A stretch of 64,000 nucleotides of DNA from Rhynchobatus australiae (taxonomy: Eukaryota). Position 1 is the first letter of the stretch; every line of letters starts with the position of its first letter. The position numbers and the translations under genes are program-made. The notes under the pieces are model-generated. The model saw only the letters and a list, made by a program, of their open reading frames with translations. It ran no database searches and was not told the DNA's origin. Below, one piece after another: positions 39,888 to 53,432 of this stretch. The stretch spans positions 70,868,062-70,932,061 of the forward strand of contig JAUZTB010000002.1 of assembly GCA_034780895.1 (NCBI GenBank), in the 5' to 3' direction.

Positions 39888-40018
39888 ATTCTGCAACAAA
39901 CAATCAGCTGGAAGAACTCAGTAGATCAGGCAGCATCTGTGGGAGGAAAGTAATTGTGAACGTTTCAGGTCGAGACCCTGTATCAGGATTGAGGATGGAG
40001 AAGGAAGATGGCTGGTAT
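39888..40018 (-). mobile_element. Penelope terminal repeat (subfamily A) with variant core
   Basis: Minus strand CAATC-CTGATAC-a-GGGT-ctcg-ACCT-GAAA-CG-TT. Confidence 0.8.
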
Positions 40019-40754
40019 GGAGCAGTTTTATTTGTTTCAATAGGGAGGAATGGCTGCAAAGGAGATACAAAGTTTCAGTTAATTTATGTCCATGAATTAA
40101 TTGAGTTAATATAAACACATTTAATTGACATGTGTTTTCTAAATGTTGTAAGTATTTTAATTACTTTCAATTCTTATTCATTTTTAAGACTTTTAAAAAT
40201 GTAATCTTTTTATTTTGATTATTTTTAAATTCTTCTTGAATATTTTCTAATGGTTGTGAATGTCAGAGGCACTCAGACTTCAGTCTCGACAGTTTTGACG
40301 GAAAAGCCTGGCAATGTTGGGCACTTCTGAGGGACGGGCTTGGATTTTCGGTGCGAAGACCTTGAGCTGTGCAGGGCCTCACCAATCAGGAGCCAGATTC
40401 AGTGACCATGCAGCCACTGTAGGGGAGAGACAATAATGAAAGCTCACTGCTTATTGAGATGAGCAGACAAATCATCCCATGAAGTGTTCATGTCCCATTA
40501 TGTACCACTAGTGCACAAGTTGCTTTGGTAGTTACTGTGTGCTGAGTCTATAGAACTGCTGATAATTGTAAGAATTCTGCTTTTGTATGTGACTACAGTG
40601 GCTGATGATCAAATACCACGGTTTAACAATTAATGAGAGAACTACTGTACAATATTCGAGGTATTCTACACCAAAATTCACAGCTCACGTTCCCAAAGAC
40701 TTTCCACCATCTGGAAGACAAGTCAGGTATTTGATGGAATGCTCTCTGTTTCTG

Positions 40755-41120
40755 TTTCTTCTTTGACAGTCTCTTGAGATGGATGATGATTTTCTTTGTC
40801 TCCAATTCTGAGGTGATCAATGAGACCAATGCAGGACTGGAGACTCTGCTAAGGGTGGAACAGAAGGTGCTTAACGGGGCAGGAGTACGTAAGGTAGTGT
40901 GCTGGGCTTCTGCGTGCTCTTGATGAATGGGCTTGAAGTTCTCAATGCCATCCTGAATGCTCCTTCTCCATTTCGAGCAGTCATGGGCCAAGAATTCCAA
41001 TGAGTCTGTTGTGTTGCTCCACTTCTTCAGGCATGCTTTGACTACGTCCTCGAATAGTCTCCCTTGTCCACTTGGTAATTTCTTGCTGTGATGGAGCTCA
41101 GGAAAGAATGCTGTGTCTAG
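40755..41120 (-). mobile_element. RTE-clade LINE 3' fragment
   Basis: ORF 40623-41189 ELHHSKKLPSGQGRLFEDVVKACLKK...LAHDCSKWRRSIQDG. Confidence 0.8.
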
Positions 41121-41214
41121 AGTGTGGCGTTCGACACGTGAACAAGATACTTGGAAGCACGGACTGCTTTCCCGTACCCTGGAAGTCACCTCTCATTGAA
41201 GGGATGAATGTAAC

Positions 41215-41562
41215 CATGACTACCATGTGTACCAATGACAACAAGCACTGCTACAATTCATCAAGATTTCTTTGACAACATTTTCTACCTCTACAACTGA
41301 GAAGAACAGGAGGAATAAGAAGGACACCGGTATATTTCACTCCACCACACACGCTATACTGATTTGGAAATTTAATTCTATTCCTTTACCATTGTTGAAA
41401 CAAAAACTTGGAATTCCTCACCTGAAGACACTGTGGAAGACACTTTCACCACAATAACTGCAGTGATTCAAGAAATGCTCATCTATAGCTTCTCACGAGC
41501 AATCGTGGATGTATATTAAATGATAGCTGCACCGATGACCATTTCCCATAATTAAATTAAAA
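41215..41562 (+). mobile_element. Old non-LTR (CR1/L2-group) 3' fragment, distinct from HER1
   Basis: cacacgctatactgatttggaaat...aaaacttggaattcctcacct...gtgattcaagaa; tail loosely related to the SINE at 58145. Confidence 0.55.
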
Positions 41563-43949
41563 GGAAATTTGACCATTATAAGTGTGATTTACTTTCTGTC
41601 AGCAGGCATGATAGCAAATTGGGTTATAAAATAGAACCAAATATTGTAATCAGAATGTGCAGCTGCTACAACATTGCTATATTGCTGATACTTTCGGGTT
41701 TGCTGTGGTCAGCATTTCTACTGGGAATTAGAGACTTTAGGTACACATTGCAATCCAGGAATGCCTCCATCAAGCTTCACAAAATGAGCTCGTGGTTTCT
41801 ATTGTGTTCTAAGAATATGTTGTGCTTGCACCTTCAACAGGATGTCTGTTTGAATGTCTCTTCCTGACACTAACAATCTTAGCAATTTTTGCCAAATTAG
41901 GAAATGTTGACCTGCATCATGCTCTGGGCATTCACCACATGTTGTGGCTCCAGACTGTTCAGAATCATTCCAGATGAGTGAATGTACTTTTAGATCAGGA
42001 AATAAATGCCAATACTTATTATGCAAGCTTACAAGTAACTTAAGAATTGCAAAGATCATCAGCAAGTTATGCAAAGCTTTCCCTTAACACTTCAGCCTTT
42101 CCTAATGCAGCTGCTGCTGTCACTGGGCAAGTTCTATGACAATAAATGTGGTTTATTGTTTTGAAAAACACATATTGTGGAAACAGCATTTGGGTCATTT
42201 TGTATTATTTTAGTTTTTATTCAAAATCTTCCAGTCANNNNNNNNNNNNNNNNNNNNNNNTATCCTGACTCCAGTCTTGTATCAGTGTGCTGCATTTGGG
42301 TTCTCTGCGAGTTTGCTCTTTGCTCAACATTGTGACAATGGATGGATTTAATAGTGGTTATCCAGAAGTTCACAAAACTTCTTTCAGTGGCCATAGTAGG
42401 TGCACCAGTACAGACTTGTGAAAAATGATCAAAACTATCTGCCAGGGTAAATTTTCCATTTCTCATGACTATCAATTGCAATAATGGAATTATGATCAGC
42501 ACACATCTTTCTCAAGTGGTCCAGAACACCATCCATGCATCAAAGCCACTTCAACTGTCACTCTGGGACTTACTGACAATAGCCCGATTGCCATTACATT
42601 AATGAAATTTCAAGATGTTCCATCATCATGTGCAGAATTCAAACTCCTGATTTGAACCTCGCCTGGTGAAAATAGAATGGGTTTGCCTGAAGGGCTGCCT
42701 GAATTATACCCGGCTCAATTATATGCTCCATTAACTTTGATGCTGGGGTTTCCAATCTAGCTGGGTAGCTCAGCTTAATCCAGGGTTAGGGTTTGAAGAC
42801 TATTGTTGGCATTTGTAGGTTCCTCAGTTTTTTTAATGGTGACATCACCTGATCAAGGTAATGAGATTTTTGCTGAATTACTTTACAAAAAACAATCAAC
42901 TAATTTTGGAGATGTTAATGGGGCTTCAAATGTTGTCCCCAGGCTTATAACTTGCAGACTTTATGTCATTTTATGAAGATTTACATCAATCAAGGAACAT
43001 TAATAGTGAAGCAGATTTAGGGAATGATTTTAACTTTCTGAAGCATTCATTTGAATTGCCAGAAAATTGGGAAGGCATTCCTCTGGCAATACCTCCACGT
43101 CGGATGATTTTTGTGAAATGTAATTATGTCAACTCTGACATCCATTTTATAGAAGGCCGAAATTTTAACCCCATTTTATTTTATTTTATAAATTATGTAC
43201 AAATTTGGCATCCAAATATTTGGCCTTTTGCAATGAGAACAAACAATTTAGAGTGCCATTCTGCATAGAAAGGATGGTTAGAGTTGCTGAAGGGAAATNN
43301 NNNNNNNNNNNNNNNNNNNNNNNNNNNNNNNNNNNNNNNNNNNNNNNNNNNNNNNNNNNNNNNNNNNNNNNNNNNNNNNNNNNNNNNNNNNNNNNNNNAA
43401 TCTAGTCAAAGATTGCCAAGAAGGTGGAGGTTGGAAAACTGGGGAAATGTGATCCCATGTGATCTCCATCTGAATACATTTCCACAGGATGACCCATGTG
43501 GGGTTTAACAAATAAGAGGTTCATATTTTTTGTAAATTGCCTTCTACAACTTTGAATCTGCCTTCATTTAAAAACAACCCTCTTGATGTCAAGCAATTAA
43601 AAATCCCCTAAAATATAACACAAAGCTTGTTTTGGCAAAGCCATACTTCAATTTAGCCACACTCCAATATATCCTCTGTCATCTTGCACAAGCATAGAAG
43701 CTATTATAATGTATTTTCCTACCTTCCTCTTCACTGAGCTCCCAGAACACGGCTCCAAATGGGTGAACAGTCATAATGGACGAGGGCCAATCCTGAGAAC
43801 TCAGCTGCTGAAGAGTTGTCAAGCATTAATACTTTTATATAATCAAGCGACAATGACGGCTATATGGTTATGCTGGACTCACCAGCTGGATAGTATGTCT
43901 TGCAGTCTGTTTTTAGGAGTACAATGGAGGCAGTTATTCATTATTTTAG

Positions 43950-44367
43950 GAAGCATAGGAACTGGATTAGACCCTCAAGCATTTTGTCTTTCAAATAGAT
44001 CATGTTCTGATCAATAAATGAACTGCATCTGCCTTGGCTCCATAACTCACAATAATACCCTCTATGAGAAACAAATCTTTCTGTCTTTGCTTTGAAGTTT
44101 CAGCTTTCAATTGACTTAGAAGCAAGAGTTCCAAATTTTTGCGTGAATAACACTTCCTGACATTGTCTTAGTGGCCTGCCCCTAATTTTAAGGCTGTGCC
44201 CCTTTGTTCTTGACATGTTCACGGGATAAAATACTTCATCTCCACCTACCCTATTGCATTATTTATTCAAGTTAAACACATCATTTACAAATTCTTTTAC
44301 ATTGAGGGGAAGACAAACATGTCCACACAGCCTGCCCTCATAATTCAGCCCATTTTGCACTGGATTC
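43950..44367 (-). mobile_element. Old CR1 3' fragment
   Basis: agagttccaaatt...ctaattttaaggctgtgcccctttgttct...tccacctacccta, reverse of CR1 C-terminus. Confidence 0.6.
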
Positions 44368-44927
44368 NNNNNNNNNNNNNNNNNNNNNNNNNNNNNNTCT
44401 GAACTTGGATATTAATAACTAACCTCTTTTATTTTATTATCCACAGCAAGCATACAAACCATTTCCCATAGCTGCAGGTTGGTCTACATCTGGCTATATG
44501 AACACCCTGGTCTGGTTTTCCTTATTAGTGCGGCAGCTCAACCAATTGTCCGATAAGTACTTTATTTTTTGAGCCACTGTATTCATTGGATGTACGTTTT
44601 TACTGCTACGTGGTCTGAAATTGCTTAGTTTATGTGTGACTAAATGTCAAACTGAACTAGTATTAACAACTGAATCACAGGAAGAGTACAATCGTGAAAA
44701 AAATGAGATGAGCAAAATCTAAAATTTGTTTTGAGAATATTTATAGAGGATACTAAAATCAAGAAGCAGTATGACATAACTTGTTGGGTACCAACTAAAA
44801 TATGGCAGTGGCAACAAGAGTCTCCACCTGCCAGACTCCTGACATTTCAGCTCACCCAAAAATGGGATTTAACTCTGCTTAATTATCAAAAAGTTACTAG
44901 AAACTAACTGCAAGATTCCTCATGAGC

Positions 44928-45342
44928 TAAAGTCAAATTTGAAAGTCAAAGTCAAGTTTATTGTCATACGCACAAGTACATGTATGCACAGGTGCAGTGA
45001 AAACTTCCTTACAGCAGCATCACAGGTACATAGCATCATATAAGCAGCATTCACAAGATAAACATAAGCTAAACATAAATTATACACAATTTGTACAAGA
45101 AAGAACACAGTTAGTACAAAAAAAAGTCAAAGTGCAAAGTGATTTAAGTGTGTCATGGTGCTGTGGTAACTAGGGTTGTGCAGATTAGTTCAAGAACCAA
45201 ATAGTTGAAGGGAAGTAGCTTTCTTGAACCTTGTGGTGTGGGACTTCAGGCTTCTGTACCTCCTGCCTGATGATAGCTGCGAAAAGATAGCATGGGCAGG
45301 TGGCAGGGATCTTTGATGATGGATGTTGCCTTCTTGAGGCAG
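44928..45342 (-). mobile_element. Rex1/Babar LINE 3' fragment
   Basis: CLKKATSIIKDP...FSQLSSGRRYRSLKSHTTRFK; (AAAGTC)n tail; continues into gap. Confidence 0.9.
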
Positions 45343-48277
45343 NNNNNNNNNNNNNNNNNNNNNNNNNNNNNNNNNNNNNNNNNNNNNNNNNNNNNNNNNN
45401 NNNNNNNNNNNNNNNNNNNNNNNNNNNNNNNNNNNNNNNNNNNNNNNNNNNNNNNNNNNNNNNNNNNNNNNNNNNNNNNNNNNNNNNNNNNNNNNNNNNN
45501 NNNNNNNNNNNNNNNNNNNNNNNNNNNNNNNNNNNNNNNNNNNNNNNNNNNNNNNNNNNNNNNNNNNNNNNNNNNNNNNNNNNNNNNNNNNNNNNNNNNN
45601 NNNNNNNNNNNNNNNNNNNNNNNNNNNNNNNNNNNNNNNNNNNNNNNNNNNNNNNNNNNNNNNNNNNNNNNNNNNNNNNNNNNNNNNNNNNNNNNNNNNN
45701 NNNNNNNNNNNNNNNNNNNNNNNNNNNNNNNNNNNNNNNNNNNNNNNNNNNNNNNNNNNNNNNNNNNNNNNNNNNNNNNNNNNNNNNNNNNNNNNNNNNN
45801 NNNNNNNNNNNNNNNNNNNNNNNNNNNNNNNNNNNNNNNNNNNNNNNNNNNNNNNNNNNNNNNNNNNNNNNNNNNNNNNNNNNNNNNNNAAAGACACATA
45901 ATACATAATTACTATACAGAGCTAGTTTCCATGGAATGGGGATGGGGCCATTACATTGTTTTGGGGCAACTTTTCTACTTCAGCACTCCTGATGTTATGC
46001 TTATTGCAAATTTGTTGACCACCAACCTGTGACTTTCTATGCATGGACAATATCCACAGGGGCGGTACCTGTGTTAATGATGTATTCCTCTGGCAAGCGC
46101 CCATATTTCAGAACTGGAAATATCACTCTAAAATCCTATTGAAAGTGAGCTCCGCTCCAGAATATCCATTCCAATCTCTCATATAATCGCCACTGGTTAT
46201 CCAGATCTAAATGTCAAATTAGGTCAATTTGTCCATGAGCTATTTCAAATAAAGCCCTTGATAAATTTGGAAGAAACTGGGTCAGTTTTCATCTTCACTC
46301 TGTGGGTAGTCATCCTGTAGGGTTAATTCACCATCGACTGCAGAATCTGCTGACTGTTTGTCCCACTGAAGTTAAAAATGTGTGCTTTGCAAACAGATTC
46401 ATACTAATGGATTACCACCCAGCTGAAAGTTTACATCATCATATGCCAGTTTGCACACCAGAATATGAAGCAAAGTATAAAGGAATTCACCAATGGAATC
46501 TTGGATCATGTTACTTTGCACTGGTGATGGGATAAATTCCACTAGCACCCAGGAGGTTCCAATCTTTAATTGATTACTGAAGCTGGCATTGAGACAACCT
46601 TTCTCACCTCCATTTTGATGTCATCAATGAAAAGATCCACTTCATCAGTTGTCTTCAATCAGCAAAGTCAACAGAAATGCACAACTGTACAAAGGTGTCA
46701 GCCATTCCTCAAAGAATTCCATAGCAGTGTAACATCACTGCTCACTTGCATTACATAACCAACCAAGTGAACAATTATGGTTGGTTGACTCATACTGTTT
46801 TCCTTCCAACCATGGCATATTTGTGAAAAACACGTCTAGAAGAATGTTCTTAAGTATGATTTAATTACAATTGAACAAAATGCTTATTGCAGGCACGCAA
46901 GTTGCTCACCATTACATGTACCAACCCTTAACACTTTGTTTACATTTTTGTAAATATAGCATGCAAGTTGAATTTTGGAAGATCTGAGTACCACCTAGTT
47001 TTCATGTTCCATGACTGAAATGAAGGCAAATGCTCAGGGCACTTAAACAACTGATTAGTGAAAAACATATTCCTCTTCCCTTCTGTGGGTTAAAGTGATC
47101 TGGAGAATCTCCAGTTGCAAAGAACTTATGGACCTACACGCAGCAGCGAAATAAGGAGGAAATACTTTATCTCATCTGAATAAGCTCATTTATAAATCTG
47201 TAACAGCAAAGCATAAATTTAGCAGATGGTAAGTTAGTAGGCAAGCAAAACAGAACAGTACGCACTGACTCTGAAATTATCCCCAGAATTTACGTCCAGT
47301 TAGCCTACAGGGCTATCAACAACTTTATAGGCATCACTTGCTTTTCTACTAGACCTCACCTACTGTACACAATGAATGCAACATATCACAATGCCTTTGT
47401 ATAGANNNNNNNNNNNNNNNNNNNNNNNNNNNNNNNNNNNNNNNNNNNNNNNNNNNNNNNNNNNNNNNNNNNNNNNNNNNNNNNNNNNNNNNNNNNNNNN
47501 NNNNNNNNNNNNNNNNNNNNNNNNNNNNNNNNNNNNNNNNNNNNNNNNNNNNNNNNNNNNNNNNNCAAAGTACCATTGACAATCTTAACCAGAATATAAG
47601 AATTGATACTTTTGTCAGTGCCACTATCTGTTCACCCTCACTGGAAAGGGGGACATGCATCTGTCCTCCCACTGCATAGCTTGGCAATGTTCAGACATTG
47701 ATGAAGACTTTGCACCTTATACTGGAGGTTAAAAAGCATCCATGTAAATGAGGTCCAGGAAACAATTGACATTTTAAGAGGAGGAGAAGAAGGAAATGAT
47801 CGAGAAAATAAAATAAGTTTTATTAAAAGATCTTAAAAAACATCAAAATGAATAAAATTGATCAAGTATGGCCCATAATTTAATGGAAAATAATAATTGA
47901 GACAGTCAATATTAAATGTAAGCAGTGTGTTAAAATGACTATTTGTAATTAGAAACCTTCAAAAACCACACACTGTTATTTCCTTGATATCCTGTTATGT
48001 TCCATAAATGACATTCATGTCTGTGGTTTCAGCTGTGGTAAAAGTGCAGAGCAAAGAATGCATTTATATTTACNNNNNNNNNNNNNNNNNNNNACAGAAC
48101 TGAGAAGAAAATTAAAGCTGCAAGGAAAAAGTTCCCATGTAAATGTAAATTGTTCTGTTAGCTGAACTAACTTCCTCAAAGTTCTCTTTCGATGTGACAG
48201 TATTTAAAATATTTGAAATTCTTAACATGGCGAGCTAAATAATTCAGGGAAAGAAATAGTTAGTACTGCAAACGTTC

Positions 48278-48432
48278 CAGCCAGACAGCATCTAAGGAAA
48301 GAGAAATAGAGTTCACAACTCGGATTGACAACCTTTCATCAGAACTCTGTTTCTCTTTCCGCAGATGCTGTCTGACCTGCTGTGTTTCCAGTATTTTCTA
48401 TTTTTAGTTCAGATATTCAGCATCAGCAATTT
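48278..48432. mobile_element. Inverted Penelope terminal-repeat pair (subfamily B)
   Basis: cagacagcatct..ggaaagagaaatagagtt versus aactctgtttctctttcc.cagatgctgtctg; minus strand agagtt-CTGATGA-a-aggtt...aactct. Confidence 0.8.
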
Positions 48433-49389
48433 TTCTGATTTTGGGTTCAACAAGAGACTTACTCGAAGAGCTTTCTCCTAACTTTCTACACTCTTGTTTA
48501 AAACAGAGGTGCAGCTTATTTTTGAGCCTCAACTTGGTTTCCTGTTTGAAGTAGAAGATGGTATGGCAGCAGGCCAAGGAGGAACTATCCTTCCCATTAG
48601 ATCTGGACCAAGACATCCACCAATTATGGACCTCTAGATCACTATGAACTCACACCTTGCTGACAGACTGTACAGCTCAGGCTAAATGCTCCTTTTCATT
48701 AGAAGTTATAACTCTACAGAAGCAATAATGAATCAGTTAATAAGAACAGTTTTTAACATCATCTGTTCCCAAACTAAAGATTCACATTCTTAGCCATTTT
48801 TCAGAGTAACGTCTGAACATGGATGTATGATGCATAATTTTATGTGAAATACAGATGTCCTTACACACCTCCTAAGTTGTTAAGCAGTTTTGCTAGATAA
48901 AAAAATCAAAAACACATTTATGTCAAAATTTAGCCAGTATAAAGATATAAAAAGATAGCCTTCCCAATTAGTCAGAACTGGTCTATATTGAACTCATCGT
49001 GTAGTGGCAGAAGAGAAGTTAAATTAGGAACAACCTCAAAGAACACTAAATTAAAGTGTAAAATAATTAGTTACNNNNNNNNNNNNNNNNNNNNNNNNNN
49101 NNNNNNNNNNNNNNNNNNNNNNNNNNNNNNNNNNNNNNNNNNNNNNNNNNNNNNNNNNNNNNNNNNNNNNNNNNNNNNNNNNNNNNNNNNNNNNNNNNNN
49201 NNNNNNNNNNNNNNNNNNNNNNNNNNNNNNNNNNNNNNNNNNNNNNNNNNNNNNNNNNNNNNNNNNNNNNNNNNNNNNNNNNNNNNNNNNNNNNNNNNNN
49301 NNNNNNNNNNNNNNNNNNNNNNNNNNNNNNNNNNNNNNNNNNNNNNNNNNNNNNNNNNNNNNNNNNNNNNNNNAAAACAAATGAACTGA

Positions 49390-49515
49390 GTACCAGCATC
49401 ATTACTACTTCAGCAAGTTTGCAAACTGACAGCCACATTTCCCATGATAGAAAGTGACTAAACTTCCAAACTATTTCATTGGCTGCATAGCACTTTGGAT
49501 AATGCAAAGTTCAAG
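49390..49515 (+). mobile_element. 3' tail of Deu-type SINE
   Basis: gtgactaaacttccaaactatttcattggctgcatagcactttgg. Confidence 0.55.
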
Positions 49516-51796
49516 TTATCTATTGCTGCCTCTCCAGCTAGACCCCAATGGTCCAAAAATTCAAACACCTCATACAACACATCTACATTTAACACAAATG
49601 ACAGAGGCCATGATAGAGAACTTCTAAAAATGTGCTGGGATTCATCGCAAGCCTTGACTTGTTCTCTCTGAGAAACAGACCAAGTCTTCTTCAACCTTCC
49701 AACAGCATCTCTTAGCTGCTGGTTGTGGACGAATTACAGGTCCAAGGCCTGAGAAGAGCTTCTCTTCTCATTTACTTAATGAATTGTGCATTACGTTATG
49801 AGAATGTTCCACAGAGAATCATCAGTCTTGCAGAGATGTTGATAAAGCTTCTCCCTTTCCAATAATCTGATTTCACATTGCTGGATGGCACAAGGTTGTC
49901 AATGGATCTCCTGTATGTCACATCACATTACAAAACAATATGAGCACTAAGGCACTCTCCCTGCTTCCCCCTCAGAAAGCTGACACTGACGTGCACAGTC
50001 CTGTACACAGAGGCACCTGTAGCCCAAATGAACAAGAACCATCTGTGAGCTGAGACCGGGCCAGAGGCAGTCATATCTGATCCTCATGTGGGTTAAAAAC
50101 GTGTCATATGGTTGATAAAATATTGATAGCCATCACCTAAAGTTAATGGAAATATATATCAGAAGAGATGTAAGCAGCCTGCAAATTTGCTGTCACCAAT
50201 TTGAACTTTTTGAATTTGACTTAATTTTAGGAAAATTATTAGAGTCAAAAGGAGTTTGGAGTGAAGGGTGAGTCACTGTAGCCCTGAAGGCTCATTCTCC
50301 TGAGTCAGATGTGTATATTCAACATCAAGACTGTGCACACACCTGGAATTTATTGGCCCAAAATGTCCCNNNNNNNNNNNNNNNNNNNNNNNNNNNNNNN
50401 NNNNNNNNNNNNNNNNNNNNNNNNNNNNNNNNNNNNNNNNNNNNNNNNNNNNNNNNNNNNNNNNNNNNNNNNNNNNNNNNNNNNNNNNNNNNNNNNNNNN
50501 NNNNNNNNNNNNNNNNNNNNNNNNNNNNNNNNNNNNNNNNNNNNNNNNNNNNNNNNNNNNNNNNNNNNNNNNNNNNNNNNNNNNNNNNNNNNNNNNNNNN
50601 NNNNNNNNNNNNNNNNNNNNNNNNNNNNNNNNNNNNNNNNNNNNNNNNNNNNNNNNNNNNNNNNNNNNNNNNNNNNNNNNNNNNNNNNNNNNNNNNNNNN
50701 NNNNNNNNNNNNNNNNNNNNNNNNNNNNNNNNNNNNNNNNNNNNNNNNNNNNNNNNNNNNNNNNNNNNNNNNNNNNNNNNNNNNNNNNNNNNNNNNNNNN
50801 NNNNNNNNNNNNNNNNNGATTGTAGAAAACAGGAGCCAAAGTAACATGGATCACTGATGATCCCATTGCTTTGCAAACAACTACTGATCCTCAGCATGAT
50901 CCCATACCGAAAGGCTGGATGCAATGAATGACTGACTAATGTGCCTTTAGGGTTAGGCAGCTTACTCTCCATTTACTAGAAACTAACTAATCACAAATTA
51001 CAACCACATTGAAAATGCAGATGGTGGAACTGTCAGGGTTACTACGTATTGCCTTGATAGCTTTATACAGGAAATATCTAACAACATGAACCTAATTCAG
51101 CTACTAAACCTTATTTTAAAATATTCACATGCCAATTATTTCATTGTATAGAAAACTGTTTGAATAAGTGCATCATCATCCTTTTTATTAAAAACAGGGA
51201 TGTTTTTCTCAGTCTGCATCAGTAGCTTGTTACTTGGGAGGTGCTTTGCTATATCATTGCTATCATGTCCACAGACATTCCAAAGGTCCTCTCCCTCACC
51301 TCATAAACAGCCTCAGGAAAAAAAAAATCACTTAATTTTATCAGGATATATAACTCATGGAGTGTCATTGGGCCTCCCTGGTACCAGGATAAAGAATATC
51401 ATTGAACAGGTGGTGAACTCTCCGCGGTGGGAGGTAACAGCCAGAAGTTGTGGTACAAGTTGGATACAACCACATAGGAAGGAAAAGGGTTGAGGTCCTG
51501 CAGTCAGAGATTCATTAACCAGGAAGGAAGTTAAGAACATGACTTCAAAAGATGGTAATCATCTGATTACTCTCCGTGCTATGCACTGGTGAACACAGGG
51601 AAACAGTAAGGTAAGGCCAGTTGGGTGCGTGATGCACAAGGGAGAGCTTCAGACTACTGGGACTGGTACTGGGACAGAACTGGCTGGTGCTAATGAGCTG
51701 CAGCTCGGCTTGTTTTGGATCCACGGCCTTGCAGGCGGCTTAATTGTTGTTTGGAGAAGAGTTTATTTTATTTTGCCAGAGGGACAGGCAGCAAGG

Positions 51797-52308
51797 TTGG
51801 AATTGGAATTGGTTATTGCTTTATTATTATCACATGTACTGAGACAAAGTGAAAAACGTAGTTTTGCAAACCATCCATACAGATCAGTTCAAAACATCAG
51901 TACATTGAGGTAGTACTAAGGGAAACGCAATAACAGAATGCAAAATATAGTGCCACAGTTGCAGTTACAGAGAAAGTGCAGTGCAGGTCGATAATAAGGT
52001 GGAAAGGCCTTGATGAGATAGATCGTGAGGCCAAGAACTCATCCTAAATGTACAAGAAGCCTGTTCAAGAGTCTTATAACGGCAGGATAGGAACTGTCCT
52101 TGAGCCCGGTGGTGCATGTTTTCATGCTTTTGTACCTTCTGCCCGATGGAAGGGGGGAGAAGAGAGAACATCCAGGGTGGGAGGGGTCTTTGACTGTGCT
52201 GGCCACTCTTCTGAGGCAGTGAGGTGTAGACTAAGTCCATAGAGGGGACCGTGCTGTGTCCACAACTCTCTGCAATTTCCTGGGCTCTTGGGCAGAGGAG
52301 TTGCCATA
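51797..52308 (-). mobile_element. Rex1/Babar LINE 3' fragment
   Basis: Decayed DP.HPGCSLFSPLPSGRRYK...KDSSYP end; ttggaattggaattgg tail. Confidence 0.85.
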
Positions 52309-52704
52309 ATTGCTACTTATGACTTCTTAGGCAGTCTCTTGGGATCAAAGATCACTTGATTCCATTCTGAGGTGACCAATGAGGAAGTAGACTCCACTGT
52401 GAGGAGGAAACAGGTCCCAAGAATACTAGCAGACACAAGTAGCGTGAGAGTAAGTAGCTTAGAAATAGGTAGGGTCAGACAAGAGGGAAATGCAAGGCAG
52501 ACAAGCATGGCAATGGAAGTTGATTTATAAAGGATTGTCATAGGTTAAATAAAGAGGAATTATGTCCTGTTGCAGAAGAGTCAGTAACCAAAGAGGAGGG
52601 ATTTGTTAATTTGCAAAATAATCAGAGATAAAGATTTAGAAGTATACCGCAGCAGGTTATCATCTCATCATGACACTGCTGGCTCTTTGAAAGAACTTCT
52701 CATT

Positions 52705-52805
52705 TAATTCTGATGAAAGGTCACTCACCTGAGATGCTAATCTGTTTCTCTCCTCACAGATGCTGCCCAACCTGTTGAGTGTTCCCAGCATTTTCTCTTT
52801 TCATA
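52705..52805 (+). mobile_element. Penelope terminal repeat (subfamily B), hammerhead core with GAAA changed to GAGA
   Basis: aatt-CTGATGA-a-AGGT-cactc-ACCT-GAGA-tgct-aa, then ctgtttctc...cagatgctgccc..cctg.tgagt. Confidence 0.8.
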
Positions 52806-53234
52806 TCCAGTTCATGCCAGTAGAAATTTTATATAACAAGCTGTTACATCTAGAATTCGCTGCCTGAAAGGATAGTGGATGCTGAATTACAAAAGGGAAT
52901 TGGAAAAACATTTGAAGAGGAAGTACTTGTGTTGCCCTGGGGTGATATTGGGGGAGTTGGTCTAATTGGACCAGTGCTGGCAGGAAAACGATGGGCTGGA
53001 AGGATTCCTGTACTCTATCATCCATGAAACCATAAGTGATATTTTGATTTTCATTCCTAAAGCTAATCTATATTCACTGATTACTTCATGATATTAAAAT
53101 GTAATGTTGGATTATAAAATGTTATTACACAGCCTCTTTACTGGGTGTACACAACTGTAATTTTCTTTTCTACAATATAAAAAATTTTGAAGTGAAATAC
53201 TTGGTAAATGGTGATAGACACCCTAATGTTGTGT

Positions 53235-53432
53235 ACACAAATATTGTGAATGGAATCATTTGGGATGGTGTAAAGAACCTTGAGTCCAAGCAGCAGGAGC
53301 ACACAGAAGTCCTATGTAAAGACCAGAGCAGGCTACCTGTCTGCTGCCCATCCGTGAAAGAGTCTGCTTCCTCATTAGTCACCTCAGAACGGAATCAAGT
53401 GATCCTTGATCCCAAGGGACTGTCTAAGCAGA
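53235..53432 (+). mobile_element. RTE-clade LINE 3' fragment
   Basis: IIWDGVKNLESKQQEHTE...; tail cccaagggactgtctaag matches 15391-15407. Confidence 0.7.

Noticed and set aside
46608-46652. Possible 45-nt minus-strand micro-exon (TTDEVDLFIDDIKME, AG and GTGAGA flanks)
   Set aside because: Weak acceptor, no partner exons found and protein not recognised.
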